Positions 26,527 to 39,226 of a stretch of DNA of 64,000 bases are shown in pieces. This stretch comes from Paragordius varius (taxonomy: Eukaryota; Animalia; Nematomorpha): positions 2,232,001-2,296,000 of the forward strand of contig OZ176057.1 of the NCBI GenBank assembly GCA_964247055.1. The letters run 5' to 3'. The position numbers were made by a program, and so were the translations under genes. Under the pieces are notes generated by a model. It was not told the DNA's origin. It ran no database searches and was given only the letters and a program-made list of their open reading frames with translations. Each line of letters opens with the position of its first letter. The stretch's first letter is position 1.

Positions 26527-27504
26527 ATATAAGATATCTCAATAATAAAATAATGCTTAAATTTTATATCATATTTTATCCAAAGCTAGACAAAAAAATT
26601 ATGTATTTTTACCATATTTAAAAATATAAATATAAAACAAAATATGTTTGTTTTGGCACAGTTTTAAACTATAACTTTTTTAGCTAAACTTATATGTATT
26701 AAAGATTGGGTAAATCCAATTTAAATTTATAATTTTAAGGAGAACACAGCCTTTTTAACAAAAAGTGCATTTAAATTCTAAAAAAAATTTAAAAATATTT
26801 TTCCAAAATTCACCTATCTATTAAATATATTTTAAAATTGTCACCTTGTTGCTTAAACAAGTCCTAACTCCATCATATCCCCCCCCCCTATTTTTTATAA
26901 ATTAACCATAAACAGCGCTAAAAACTAATAAGTTCAACAAATCAACCCTATATAAATTTTATATCATATTCGTTCAAATTAAAGAACACTTTCCTAAAAC
27001 CTAACTAGTTTCTTATGTACAGAATACTTATTTGAGCCAAAAATAATATAAAGTTTAATTTAATTCATTTTTTATTCATTTATTATATATATATATATAT
27101 TAAATATGTCAATTATATTATATAATTCCATTAAAATTAATATAAATAAAATTTTTAAATCAAAAAATTTAATTTATAACTATATATTAGGAAAATGTAT
27201 ATGATTAAATATAGTGACCCATGCCTTTTTTCCATAATCAAGGTCGTTACAGAGGAAAGGATTATATAATTTTCATAAGAAAGATGCAAAACATAAAAAA
27301 CTTAAATCAAATTTAAAAATGAAAAAAACTAAATCTCTGACTTATCATCTCCTAGGTAAAAGTAACATTAGTTTTACCCTTAACAACACAATAAAGGATA
27401 ATTGTAAAACAAGATAAAATTATCTTCATGAAAAGGATGCAACCAATTACAAAGATTTTTTTAATAAAATTTAAAATTTTCTATCTCAATAACATAGTTA
27501 TTAC

Positions 27505-27817
27505 CCTGTGCGTAAGTAAATGTTCAATCGTTATATTTTCTTTGCCATCATGATATTTCCCAAATTCGGGCCACCATTTAGCTATGGGGTCCTGTAATTT
27601 AGCTCCTTGATCTTGATTTTGACTTATCAAATGAGCCAACGTTATTGTACTCACACCCTTTGCAATAGATAGCGTATTAACTAACGTATCTTCAAGCCAA
27701 AAATCACGGTTCCGTTCATCCGAATACCCCGCCCATAAATCTATAATGGGTCGACCACCCAGGTAAGCGGAAAAAGCTGCACCCCCTTGACTTTCAAGCC
27801 CACGCGCAAAGTTTTGT
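27505..27817 (-). CDS. Exon 3, beta-lactamase-like/serine hydrolase with SxxK
   Basis: GAAFSAYLGGRPIIDLWAGY...DTLVNTLSIAKG...DPIAKWWPEFG...GKENITIEHLLTHR, typical of the class C beta-lactamase-related/EstA esterase family. Confidence 0.93.
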
Positions 27818-27826
27818 CTATAGTTA

Positions 27827-28125
27827 TATACCATTTACAATTCAATTTCACCCTCGAACAATTCAAATTCACCCTCAAATAAAATATGTGTTTCTTTTTT
27901 AAGATTAAAAAATACCTATATTTTATATATTTTTTAAAAAATAAAAATTTTGTTTTAAATTAAATAATACTGAAAAAATAATAAACTATACCATAAACCT
28001 ATATATTTCATATTAATAATGAGTTATATTAGTTTGAAAACGCATAATTTATTTTTAGGGTGAATTTGGATGTTCAAAGGTGAATTTGAATTGTTCAAGG
28101 GTGAATTTGAACTGTAAATGGGATA
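27827..28125. mobile_element. MITE, same family, abutting exon 3 acceptor
   Basis: tataccatttacaattc ... gaactgtaaatgggata. Confidence 0.8.
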
Positions 28126-28790
28126 TAAGAATTTTATATCTAGTCATAACCCTAAAACCGCGACCCAAAAGTGCTTTTTTATGGGAGTAACTTATTGATC
28201 AAAATGTTTTTGATGTATGCATTTATTTTGCATTGTAAGTATTTGCAAAAGGTGTCAAAGACTGTAAAATTTTTATCGGTATTATATAAAACGGCTCTTG
28301 AGACAAGATGAATAGTTTTTGTGTGCTACTTTTTAAAACTTTTTTAGTGAATACCAATGTAATAAAGTATTAGTTACTATACATTGTTAGTTGTAGATAC
28401 AAGACCTACTAGAAACATTTACAGTTAATTGCCTTATTATTGGTAAAGATAATAGGAAAAAACAAAATTTATATTTACCAATAGTATACCATTACTTTAA
28501 GAATTCAAATTTACCCTCAAACAATTCAAATTCATCCGAAAAATAAAATGGGATTTAGATAATGGTGGATTGTTCTTTGGATGGGATAATAATTTATGTG
28601 ATAGTAGCAAAAATATAATATGCACATTAATGATGGTCAATTTACATTAAAATTATTTTGGCTAATTGGCAATACAGTAGAGTATGGGTAAAAAATAGGA
28701 AATGGTTAAAATTACAACATTTTCCTATCTTACTACATTAAATACGTTTATAAAATCATGAACAAACTTTTTTTATATTATACGCTACGC

Positions 28791-29017
28791 TAAGCATGCC
28801 CATGTGCGGCCCGCGAAAAATTTAGAAAACATAATTAGCAAAAACATGCTTATAAAATCTTAGTAAAACTCATAATTTTTCGACAGTTTTTTTCAAAAAT
28901 AAGTCTAATTAAATAGTAAAAACGAAGAAAAATTGTTACTCAAGTCTTATATTGGAAATCTAATAAATTATTTGTTTCAAATGCGACCCGTAAAACCATT
29001 TGTATTGGGCACCCCTG
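28791..29017. mobile_element. hAT-type MITE
   Basis: Imperfect TIRs taagcatgccca / tgggcacccctg; gcggccgcg subterminal motif; flanks cgctacgc / cgctacag (6/8 TSD match). Confidence 0.5.
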
Positions 29018-29133
29018 CGCTACAGTTATTACCTATTAACCATTGACCAACAACAATGTTAATAAGCCAGTATAAATGTGCATACTGTATTTATGGATAT
29101 GTACACTTTATATGAAAAGATACAATGTAAGTA

Positions 29134-29349
29134 CAGTCATGTATCCTTTATTTTACAAAAATTTATTTTTTTTCGTTAATATTTGTTACAGAATGGAAAA
29201 AAAACAAGAGCTTTATGGTAATTTTTATACTTTTTTTAGTGAATATGCTATTGTTAATAGGCTCTTGTTTTTTCCATTCTTTAACAAATATTTATACACC
29301 CATTTAACGAAAGAAAATAATTTTTGATAAAATAAAGGATACATGACTG
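29134..29349. mobile_element. Tc1/mariner-type MITE
   Basis: TA|cagtcatgtatcctttatttta ... taaaataaaggatacatgactg|TA; ~45-bp imperfect inverted arms. Confidence 0.75.
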
Positions 29350-30230
29350 TAATTATATATATTGTTAAGTAGTTTCGTTGTTGAAATGCCAGATAGAATT
29401 AAATTACAGTAGAGAGCAATATAATTGAATTAAAAATAAAAGGATTAAAAATTCGCATATATCTTAATCTTAGCCCAATACGACTTCTTTTTGACTGGAA
29501 ATACTATTTGGATATATTTTATAAAAAATGGCATTCACACTGTAAATTACGAAAAAAAAACACTAAATTCTTAAACCGTATTAAGATGGGATCTGTTGAA
29601 AAAGTTGAGATTTAAAAAAAAATATTGATGATTTTATTAAAAAATGACCTAAATAATTGGTAGGTATAAAAAATAATTTTTAATATTTTTATATGGAAAA
29701 TTATAACCATTTGAAAAAAATAAAAAAAAATAGGACTGAAATAATATTTTCAATCAAAAATCGTAGAATAACTATTTTTAAAAATAGTTTCGAGTGACTT
29801 TATAATTTTCATTTGAGAGAAGACATTTTAAATTTCAAATAAATTTTAAAATACTACTATATATGGTTTATGTGGATTAAATGGCCAAACGGTTATCCTA
29901 TAAATACTAGCTAAGAAGAATGAGTAGTTAAAGTTAATACATGCAATTACCATTAAAAAAATAAAAATATGATATTATAAAGTGAAATTAATAAATATAA
30001 ATTATTAAAAAAATTGGCAACCAATTAAATGTAGTGCGTCTTAAAATATAAATTAGATATTGGACTTAAAAAGACAAATACGATCAAATTACTATTAAAA
30101 ATTGTCTTATAAATTTCAGAGTTGTGAAAAATATGCGTATTTATTTGGTAAGTGCAAATTATATTATCTTAATTTCATACCATATCGTAATTAAGAAACA
30201 AATAATAAACTATTAAATATAAATAGTAAC

Positions 30231-30298
30231 TTGAATGCCTCTCGCACACCTTCGAATCCTGGCTCCACATGGCCATGAATATCAAAATTATATGTTTT
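30231..30298 (-). CDS. Exon 2, beta-lactamase-like N-terminus
   Basis: KTYNFDIHGHVEPGFEGVREAFK| joins QNFARG in phase 2; resembles family G.V.PGFE.VreaF..NF. Confidence 0.85.
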
Positions 30299-31410
30299 CT
30301 ATAAATTAATTGGTTACAAATTTACTTCATAAAATTTTGGAATGTAAAAAAATAGAATTGCTGCTAATAGCACGGATATTGAGGTTATTAAAATTGTCAT
30401 TAATATTCATCCAATTTGTTTTAAATAAATAATTGTTTCGAGCTAAAATCTATCGTAAAAATGACTTTGCAATTTTATATTAGAAATCTGTTATACAGCT
30501 GAATTGAGCCTGCCAAATCTTATTTAGTTCCACAAAGATAATACTACCATATGATATAAAGTATTTTCTTAAATTCATTATGCTAACTAGAGTAAAGATG
30601 TTGGTAAGATGTGGAGATTAAAAAGATACAGTATATTTATTGTAGTCTAAACTATATAAATTTGCGGATATCTGAGTTTTAAGCAGATACAACTCTTAAA
30701 CTTTAAATTTTTTGCAGATGAAGAAATAAAATTTTATATTGAGTGGGCTTTGGTTATAAAACAACACTAAGAATAAATAATATATAAATATTGTCGTCGA
30801 AGACCTCATTACAAATTTATAATTTTGTATGCGATAAAATATTAGAGTATTTTTTACCCTAAACTTAAGTTAGTAAATAACCATTTGTTATAAAAGTTCT
30901 TTTGGGTAAAATTAAAGAACGTTCCTCTGTAAATTTTAAAATTAATATGGATAGCTTAATAGCAGGATAGAAAACAACAGTTGATATAAAAATCAATTAA
31001 TTTTTTCCAGTAAATAGCATAGAAATATTTTTAAATTTAATTATTTACATTTTTAAATATAATTTATTTGCCTGTACCATTAGGGAAAAAAATTAAGAAA
31101 AAAAGGTGGTAAAAAGTTCATTTATTAATTTTTTGTGAAACTTCCCCAAAAGATCATGAAGTAATATGCATTGAACAGCGACAATTATTTAAACTATTAT
31201 AAACTGCGTCCGAATTCGGGGTGAAAAAATTATTATGATGAAATATTTATAATTTGATATGAAAATGGATCGGAATAATTATGGCTTTTGATTTTAGGCC
31301 CTTATGAGTGATATAAGAATTTTTACAATTTGGTGTTAGATAGTTCATATCACAAAATGACAAAATTTGCGCATATGCCAATTATTTTTTGCTGAAAGCT
31401 TAATATTTAA

Positions 31411-31992
31411 CACTTGGATACAACACACTCATTTTAGTCCTTCGATTCAAATTGGGGTAGTTGGATACCCCAGGCCTGTTTGAAATCAAATACTTTAAGA
31501 AGTATGAAAGGAATCGAAACCATGGCATAATTTTGCACTTATATAACATTAATAAACCGAATTATATAAAAATTTTTATTAAAAAATACTTGATATTACT
31601 TATTTTAAGCTAAAACCGAATGGTAAAAAGTTCGTCAACGTGACATGTGTCAAATATTAAAATTAAAAATTATTACAAAATAAACCGCTTTTTTTATTTC
31701 TATCAATGTTAGATGTAATTTATATTACAAATTAGCTTTAGTTTTACCCTTAAAATTAAATGTTGACGATATTTTGCAAAAATTTTGTAAAATAAAAATG
31801 GCGTCGAAGTAGTTTGAGATGGAACTTTTTTTCAAAACAAAATTTTATCAAGATGTTTTGGCATATTTATATAATTTTTATCAGGATAGAAGCATAAATT
31901 TAAACTGGGACCGTTTCCTTCAGTAGTTTTTTTAAAAATATTAATTTAAATTTAGTCTGGGGTATTTAGATACCCCAATTTAAATCGAAGTG
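31411..31992. mobile_element. piggyBac-like MITE (TTAA flanks); second copy ~57940-58436
   Basis: TTAA|cactt... atcgaagtg|TTAA; subterminal ggggta..gatacccc; interior homologous to 57940-58436. Confidence 0.6.
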
Positions 31993-32439
31993 TTAATTCC
32001 GCAACTCATGAAAATGTATCATGTACTATATTTAAAAAGCAAAATATATATTTTTATAAAATTTTAATTTTTTATGGCCTCCAGATTTTTAAATACTATT
32101 ATATTTATAGCAAAACTCTGATGAATAGTTTAGCCTATTTTATGGCATAGTAGAATTGGTGTTTAATGAGACATTATAATAAATAACTTTTTCTATATTT
32201 CAAAGAAATGAAATATTTCCACAGTTAGAATATTGTTAGAACATTTCGTCTGCAACAAAAATTTTATATATTCAATATTACAAGGCAAACAATTTTTTCA
32301 AAACGCAATACTGAGGTGATAGAAATGGCATTTTCTAAAATAAGGGCACTTCCTCGGCATTAAACACTTGGCATTCAGTATCCTTGCTATTTATGATGTT
32401 AGCCAAATGATATTAATTAAAATAGTTTTACTTTAAATC

Positions 32440-32920
32440 TTTATGTTACAAAGTGATTTACTTCGCAAAAACGCATCATACTAAATTATTTTTGCATCGA
32501 TTGGTGATGGATTATGAAAAATTATGTAAATTTACAAGAAAAAAGGTAGCTTTGATCTTGTCAATTAAATTGCTTCTGCAAAAGATTATGCTCTGAGTCC
32601 AGTGTAACCGGTGCTTCATTGTGTATTATAAAGTCAGATGAAACCGTTAATAAACAACGTTAGAGCCAAAAAAACATTAATTTAAATGCGTTAATAAAAA
32701 GAACGGAATGGGCCAGCAGATATGAAAAAGTCATCTTGAGGGACAATACTCCACAGTAAAACCAGTGAACACCCTGAGATCACTCCGATAGAAATTCTTT
32801 CACATCCTTTAAAATCTCCTTCTATGGTAAATATGCTTATTCACCTTCGCATCAATGGGATACCTCACATAGCAGCACTTAAATATTTTCAAAGATGTTG
32901 TAAAATGGCCTAAATAAAAT
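32440..32920 (+). pseudogene. Mariner (Mos1-like) transposase remnant
   Basis: Frameshifted peptides LFLHRLV..EK, IVYYK..ETVN, KRTEWASRYEKVIL.DN, EILSHP..SP, FASMG...VVKW, collinear with the mariner catalytic domain. Confidence 0.75.
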
Positions 32921-33428
32921 TTTTCAAAATAAGACAATCAATTTTTCTGGCACCGCATTAACATCAAGAGGATTGACCAAAGGCGTAGATATTGATTGAC
33001 AATATTTTGAATAAAATTAATAATTAATCCATTAATAATCATATATTTTTTTTAAGACACCAGTAAAAACTAATTATTAAATTTGTGCTTATGATATTAA
33101 AACAATTTTTATATCTTACTTTTGTTCTAGCCTATATTTTGGATTATGTTATGGTATTTTGAATTATGAAAGAAACGGTATAAAAACACTCCTTCGAAAT
33201 AAATTGATGATGTCGAACAGTACTAATACGTGAGAATATGTAAAAATTCGTACACTCAAATTTAAAATTTGTATTTTTATTAAAAAAACCTAAATTTGAT
33301 GTTTTTAAACATTTTAAATGTTTTATTCCGTTTAGACCATACTTCAAATTCAGAAATCGCTTAATAAAATTTACAAAATTTAGAGCATATGTATTTTTAA
33401 TGATAAATTTTTATTCCATAATCTAGAA

Positions 33429-33710
33429 TATACTATTTACAGTTCAAATTCACCCTTGAACAATACAAACCCTCGAACAATTAAAATTCATCCTAAAATA
33501 AAGTATGTGTTTTTTAGAATTTAAAATTAGCTTTATTTATAATATGTTTAAAATATAAAATTCTGTTTAAAATTAATATAATGCTGAAAAATAAATAGAT
33601 AATGTCGTAAAAATATATTTCATATTATTGGTTATATCCCTAAAACACATGATTTATTTTTAGGGTGAATTTGAATTGTTCGAGGGTGAATTTGAATTGT
33701 AAATAGTGTA
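33429..33710. mobile_element. MITE, TACCATTT family
   Basis: tatactatttacagttcaaattcaccc ... gggtgaatttgaattgtaaatag. Confidence 0.75.
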
Positions 33711-33905
33711 CAATTGTTCTTATTGCAGCCTTTATTCAAGAATACCAACTAATATTATAACCAAAAATTTGATACTTCGGAACTAAATCTAAAATTTAAT
33801 ATAATTATAATTTTGGCCTTTAATATATATATTAAAAAATAATTTTGTCTTTAGCTTTTACCAAAAAAAATTTAATATGTTGAGTGCAATTGTTGATGCA
33901 TGAAA

Positions 33906-34210
33906 CATATACGAAAAAAGTGGAAGTATCGTAAAAATTAATTTATACGGACAAAAACGTAAAATATAAAGACAAATATTTTTTCTAAAAAACTATACTT
34001 TTTTTAATCTTATTTTTTCCCATATAAATTATTTAATTACTAAAAATATATAATTGATTGTGTCACCAATAAACATCTCTATTAATAATTATTTTTATTA
34101 AAAAAATCAAAATTAAAAGAGTATGGTTATTTTTTTTATAAAAATATTTGTCTTTATATTTTTACGGTTTGTCTGTATAACTATAATTTTTACTGTAACT
34201 TTCGTAAATG
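33906..34210. repeat. Foldback/MITE with ~70-bp imperfect inverted arms
   Basis: tatacggacaaaaacgtaaaatataaagacaaatattt vs aaatatttgtctttatattttttacggtttgtctgtata. Confidence 0.6.
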
Positions 34211-34636
34211 ACTCTTAAGCCCTAAAATAAACAAAACATTGAAAATCCTGATCATTTTATTTTACAAGAATTACATATTTTTTCTCAATAAATTTTTTTG
34301 TATCACTCTGTTATAGTAAAGTATTTCACTATTCTTTTAAAATGATTTTATATATTCTGAAAAACTAATATTTTAATAATTTTGTCTGATTAGTTTTTAC
34401 GCGTTTACAGTCCCAAAAGAATGAATTAAAACCAATCCCAATCTTTATCAAGATACAGAACATTTAACGTAACTTTGGCTGTGCGAATCAAAAAACATAT
34501 TTGCATTTAACAAATATTGTATGTTTAATTTTATCTTGCGAAAATTTTATGCATGTTTTAGGATTTACCTATTTTTTAAAAGGGGTTAGACTTCTTTTAG
34601 TGTCAAAAGATTAAAGCAACTTCCAAACCTTTATAT

Positions 34637-36876
34637 CAGTGGTACTCACCAAAAAAATTTGACGGGCCAAATAAAATTTAATTTTTTTTCGAGGGCCATG
34701 AACCTTATAATGGCAAAAATATCATAGCTATTTGACCTATATGCACACATTTATACTTTAAATCAGCAAAATGAATTTTTGGGGGATCGTATGCAAATCC
34801 AGCTAAAAACTCGTTTTGCACCATTTAGTAATTAAAATATTTTGAGAACAACATTTATTTTGAAAACAACATTTATTTTGATATTAACAAATAATTTTGG
34901 ACAAGCTTTCGCCTCATGACAGACCTAATACTTCGTCCATATGATCATCGGTTAAGCTATTTCTGTATGTATTCTTGACATACTTCATTTTTGAATATGT
35001 CGTCTCACACCTTTAAGTTGAGGGAAAATAGGATAACTTGACCACATTTTTTTAAATTGTCATATTTATTTGGCACATCTTGCCAAAATTCCGCATATCT
35101 TTCTTCTCTACGATTCTCCTTGAACATAGCCTCTAAAGTGGATTCATTTTTAAAATGTACGAATTCTTCAATGATATGCGTGCACCTGATCAAAACTGAA
35201 ATGCTCAAATTGCTTAATATTGGATATATCCATATGCCATGGATATTCAACGAGTTTTTTGCAATTTTTTATATTTCTTAATTCTTGAAATTTGATCTCA
35301 TTAGACAAAAATTTTATAATTGACTATTATTAAATTAATCTCCGCGGTAATTTCCATATTTTTTTCATGAATCGTTTTAAGTGTTGGAAAATATAGGAGT
35401 GTTTTATTTATAAAATCTTGTTTATACATTATTAATTTTTCCTCAAAAAATATTAGCGAATTTGGTTATTATTTTTCTCCGTTGAAGACTTGTATTAAAA
35501 ATTCTAAGTTTATAAGTAATGAAGGTAGGCTAAGAAAAACCCACCATTTGTCACTATTAATTTCCTCGTCAAACTATCTGTTATCTGTTATAAATAATAG
35601 AATTTCTTGTCTTGAAACAAATAATCTATTTAATACTTTGATAAGGCTTGGCATCATCATTCACTGAGGATATATTTCAGAAGGTTTTTAAATTTACGGC
35701 GGTTGAATTCTCTGCCACGGATGTGATTAACTATATCCACAACCGTTTTAATTACTTAATTGAGTGATTCATCTTTTACGCACGAAATCAAGTTTTGCTG
35801 CTAATATTCATTGGTAAAATTTCTAAATATTCCTCGTTGATTATGTTGTCGTTGGAATATCTCCGAAGAGCGCAGATTGAGTGGTTGAACTAATATTAGT
35901 GCTAGAATCAATAGCAATGCCAAAATATTTGCAGTTTTTCAGAGCTATTGTTAAGATAGATAAATCTTCGAGCACATATTGAATCAGAAAGGTAAAGTTT
36001 TTTTAATTTGCCTCATGATTTCTTAATTATAAAATTAATCTAAAAGGTGCAATCATTTATTAGACAATTTAGATGGGAATCAGTAAACGGATTCATATTT
36101 TTTTCTAAAATATATCAAATTTCATACGATGCAAATGTTACAGCTTTTTCCTGGGAGAAAGCTATAGACATAATAAATTTTTCTTTCTGGTATAATTCCT
36201 TAATCTTTTTATATTTTTCGCCTCATGATTTTCTGGTAATTTATAAAAATGATGGATTGTAAAATGACTTTCAATAATATATTAAGGCAGATAAAACAAC
36301 AAATAATTTGTCTTCCCATTAAAGGAACGATTTTCATCGGATAATTTACCTTTTTTTAGCATTAGATGTCATCCTTTGAATTTATGTTTAAATATTATGT
36401 AATTTTTTAAAAAAATAGGAGTATAATTTGAATTATGCTAAAAAACAGGTCGAAATTTGATGATGTTAATTTGAAAAATATTTTATGGGAATGAGTGATA
36501 AAAAATGATGCAGGATAGCAATGAAAAGAATATGTATAAGTTGGAAGGCTTGCTTAAATACAAAAAAGGAGGGCAATAAAAATTTCAAAATAGAAAAGAA
36601 AATAGAATACAGAAACAGAAACAACATAGGCTTAAATTTTGAAATCATTTTAATGTAGGGAAATGTTTCCACCTTTCAAATTGGGTAAAAAATAAATATT
36701 ACCAAAATATAATCCAAATAAAACAAATTGATATTAAAATAAGCAAATATTTATTTATGTTTATTTTAAAAATTCATCAATAAAAAAATAATTTAAGTAT
36801 CAATATGGTCATAGGGCAATTTTAAAGCACTCTTAGGGCCGCAGGCGGCCCGCGGGCCGCGGTTTGAGTATCACTG
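34637..36876 (-). mobile_element. hAT (Charlie/Buster-type) transposon with decayed GTF2IRD2-like transposase
   Basis: TIRs cagtggtactca / tgagtatcactg; perfect 8-bp TSD ctttatat (34629-34636, 36877-36884); minus-strand EFWQDVPNKYDNLKKC and SKMKYVKNTYRNSLTDDHM resemble the hAT dimerization domain. Confidence 0.9.
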
Positions 36877-37038
36877 CTTTATATTATCAGTTAAATATAC
36901 CTTGCTTTTATCCTCCAGTTTACAGAATTCAAAAATTAGCAATATTTTTAGTTGTGCCACTGTGATTTATAAGTCTACTAAGAGCAGACTTATGATGAAT
37001 GTATGATATTTATTCATAAGTAAACATATGTAGCATAC

Positions 37039-37098
37039 GGCCTTAAGCATAAGGACGTACACATAAAGCAAGGACGTAAGTATTACTAACTTAAACAT
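37039..37098 (-). CDS. Putative exon 1 (signal peptide) of lactamase/repeat gene
   Basis: ATG-MFKLVILTSLLYVYVLMLKA|GTATGC; hydrophobic core, phase 0 matches exon 2; 6.7-kb intron, so tentative. Confidence 0.5.
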
Positions 37099-37599
37099 GG
37101 ATCTTATTAAGCTAATATTGTCAACGAGAACGAATATTTTATGTTGAAAAATTATAATTTAAATTATCCTATATTATTTAATCAAAATTTTCGATACATG
37201 GTAAGGATCTTTTTCAATGGATTAACTAAAAACAAAAGAATATAATGATAAAATATAATTAAAACAAAATTCATAAAATAATTATAAATTTAAAATCTAA
37301 CCTTGATTCGTATTAGATAAATTTATATTATATCATTAGAAAGATATAAGTTATAGCATGAGAAATAAACTAGTATTATTTTTATAGAATCCATATAAAA
37401 ATTTAATTTTTTAATTGGTTGTGAGATGTGGAGGCATCAATTGCGCCTCACATGGCCAAATTCATATATAATCCAATAACACTAGTCAACAAGGTTTTGC
37501 ATAACCCCATTTTTTCCATTTTCTATTACCTAATTGTATAGAAAGGCCAAAACAAAAATGAGGGCGTCAATGGTTTTTTGTTTAAATTTATATTGTTTA

Positions 37600-39226
37600 C
37601 TAGCGTAAATCTGGTGCTGCTACGCAGCACGAGGAAGTTCTTCGGACTTCTCGGGGGGGGGCTATTTAAAAAAAAGGACAATAAAATGATCCACATTTGT
37701 GGATTATTTCGAAACATTATTTAATAGCTAACGGTGCATTCATACTAATATATTGTTTACTGGTGTAAAGGCCCCAAATTGGGCTAACGAAAAAAAACCG
37801 CTATACTATAATTTTTACCTTTTTATGGGTAATATATAAAGCCTTTATTGAACACATATGGCTTCTTAAATTTTTTGAAAATTAACTCCACACGCCATTT
37901 TATGGCGTCTCAGTTTTAAACCGGTAAACCCCTACCGATAGGCCTATATGGAAAAAGCGCTAAGTTAAATTTTTTGCCTTTGTAGGGAATATTTTTAGAA
38001 TCATCTTTGAGACCATCGTCTCATAGGTTATTCGAAAAAATATCTCAACACTATAAATCGTTAGATGATGGCATATTTTTAGGGCATAAAGGCTCAAAAT
38101 TAACGGCTAAGAAAAAAGGCCTGACCTTAATTTTAACCTAGTTACGGGTAATATATCAAACTTTAAATTAGCTCATATGGCATAAATTTAAATAATTCCC
38201 AAATAACGCAATATCTATATAGTGGCACAATTTTTGGCGGGCAGCCTCTTACCCAGAGGTAGGTATAAAAAAGCGTCGGGCAAAATTTTTATCTTTATAT
38301 GGGGAATATCTGGAATTATAATGTCCATATGTTCCTATAAGTTCTTGGAAATATTACATGCTCTAAACCAAAATATTGTCCTATGGTGGCGATTTTTGAG
38401 GGCGTAAACCTTTTCTTAGCGACTCATTGAAATAACCCCCTATACAATATTTGTTTTTTAACTGGTAATAAATATTTTAGGCCCTTATAGAACTCACATA
38501 GTCTCATAATTTTTCTAAAACTTGGCTCCAAAGGCATGCTGTACCGATATAGTCACGCATTTTTAAGCGGGTAGCCCTCTAGCTTAAGCTTCTTCAACGG
38601 CTAATTTACAACCGCTCGACTCAAATTTTTGCCTTTTTACAAGTAATATTTCAGGGCCTTATCAAACTTATACTGCCTGATTTCTGAAAATTAACCCCTA
38701 AACAACGCAGTTTTAATATGGTGGTGGGATATGACGGGTCAGTTTTTCGCGGGTAGGTCCTTACCCAGCAGCTATCATCAAAAAAGCGCTTGACTAAAAT
38801 TTTTTCCTTTTAACAGGGAATACCTGGCCTTATTAAATTTATACGGCCTCATACCTTGGGCGAAAAATAGTTTGAAAAAATGGCATTTTACGGGTGGGGG
38901 GGGCGGGTAAAAAGAAGGCCTAAAATAAAAAAGCGAGGCGACTATGTTAGGCGCAATCGAAATAAAGTGAAATAAAATCATACTTAAAATTGATTGGTTT
39001 AGGACTTCCGGAAAATTGTCTCAAAGACACGATTTTTGTGAACTGTTTAAAAAAGCCTATTAACGGAGTGGACCTGAACTGGGAGACTAAGTCAAAAAAA
39101 GGCGGAGCTATTGTCGCGGCATTCATTAATGATTATTTTTTTTCGATATTTGGATTTGAATGGGTCTACCGGTTTTCCGGAAACAAATAACAAAGCCAAC
39201 ATTTTCCATTTTTATAAATATATAGA
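37600..39226 (-). mobile_element. Full-length non-autonomous Helitron with internal tandem array
   Basis: On minus strand A|TCTATAT... 5' end at 39226 and ...CTAG|T 3' end at 37600; hairpin gtgctgc-tac-gcagcac (37614-37630) 10 nt from the end; no TSD. Confidence 0.88.

Noticed and set aside
20748-30298. Bacterial contamination or antibiotic-resistance gene
   Set aside because: Domain is split by several GT-AG introns containing eukaryotic TEs; beta-lactam hydrolysis is not implied by family membership.
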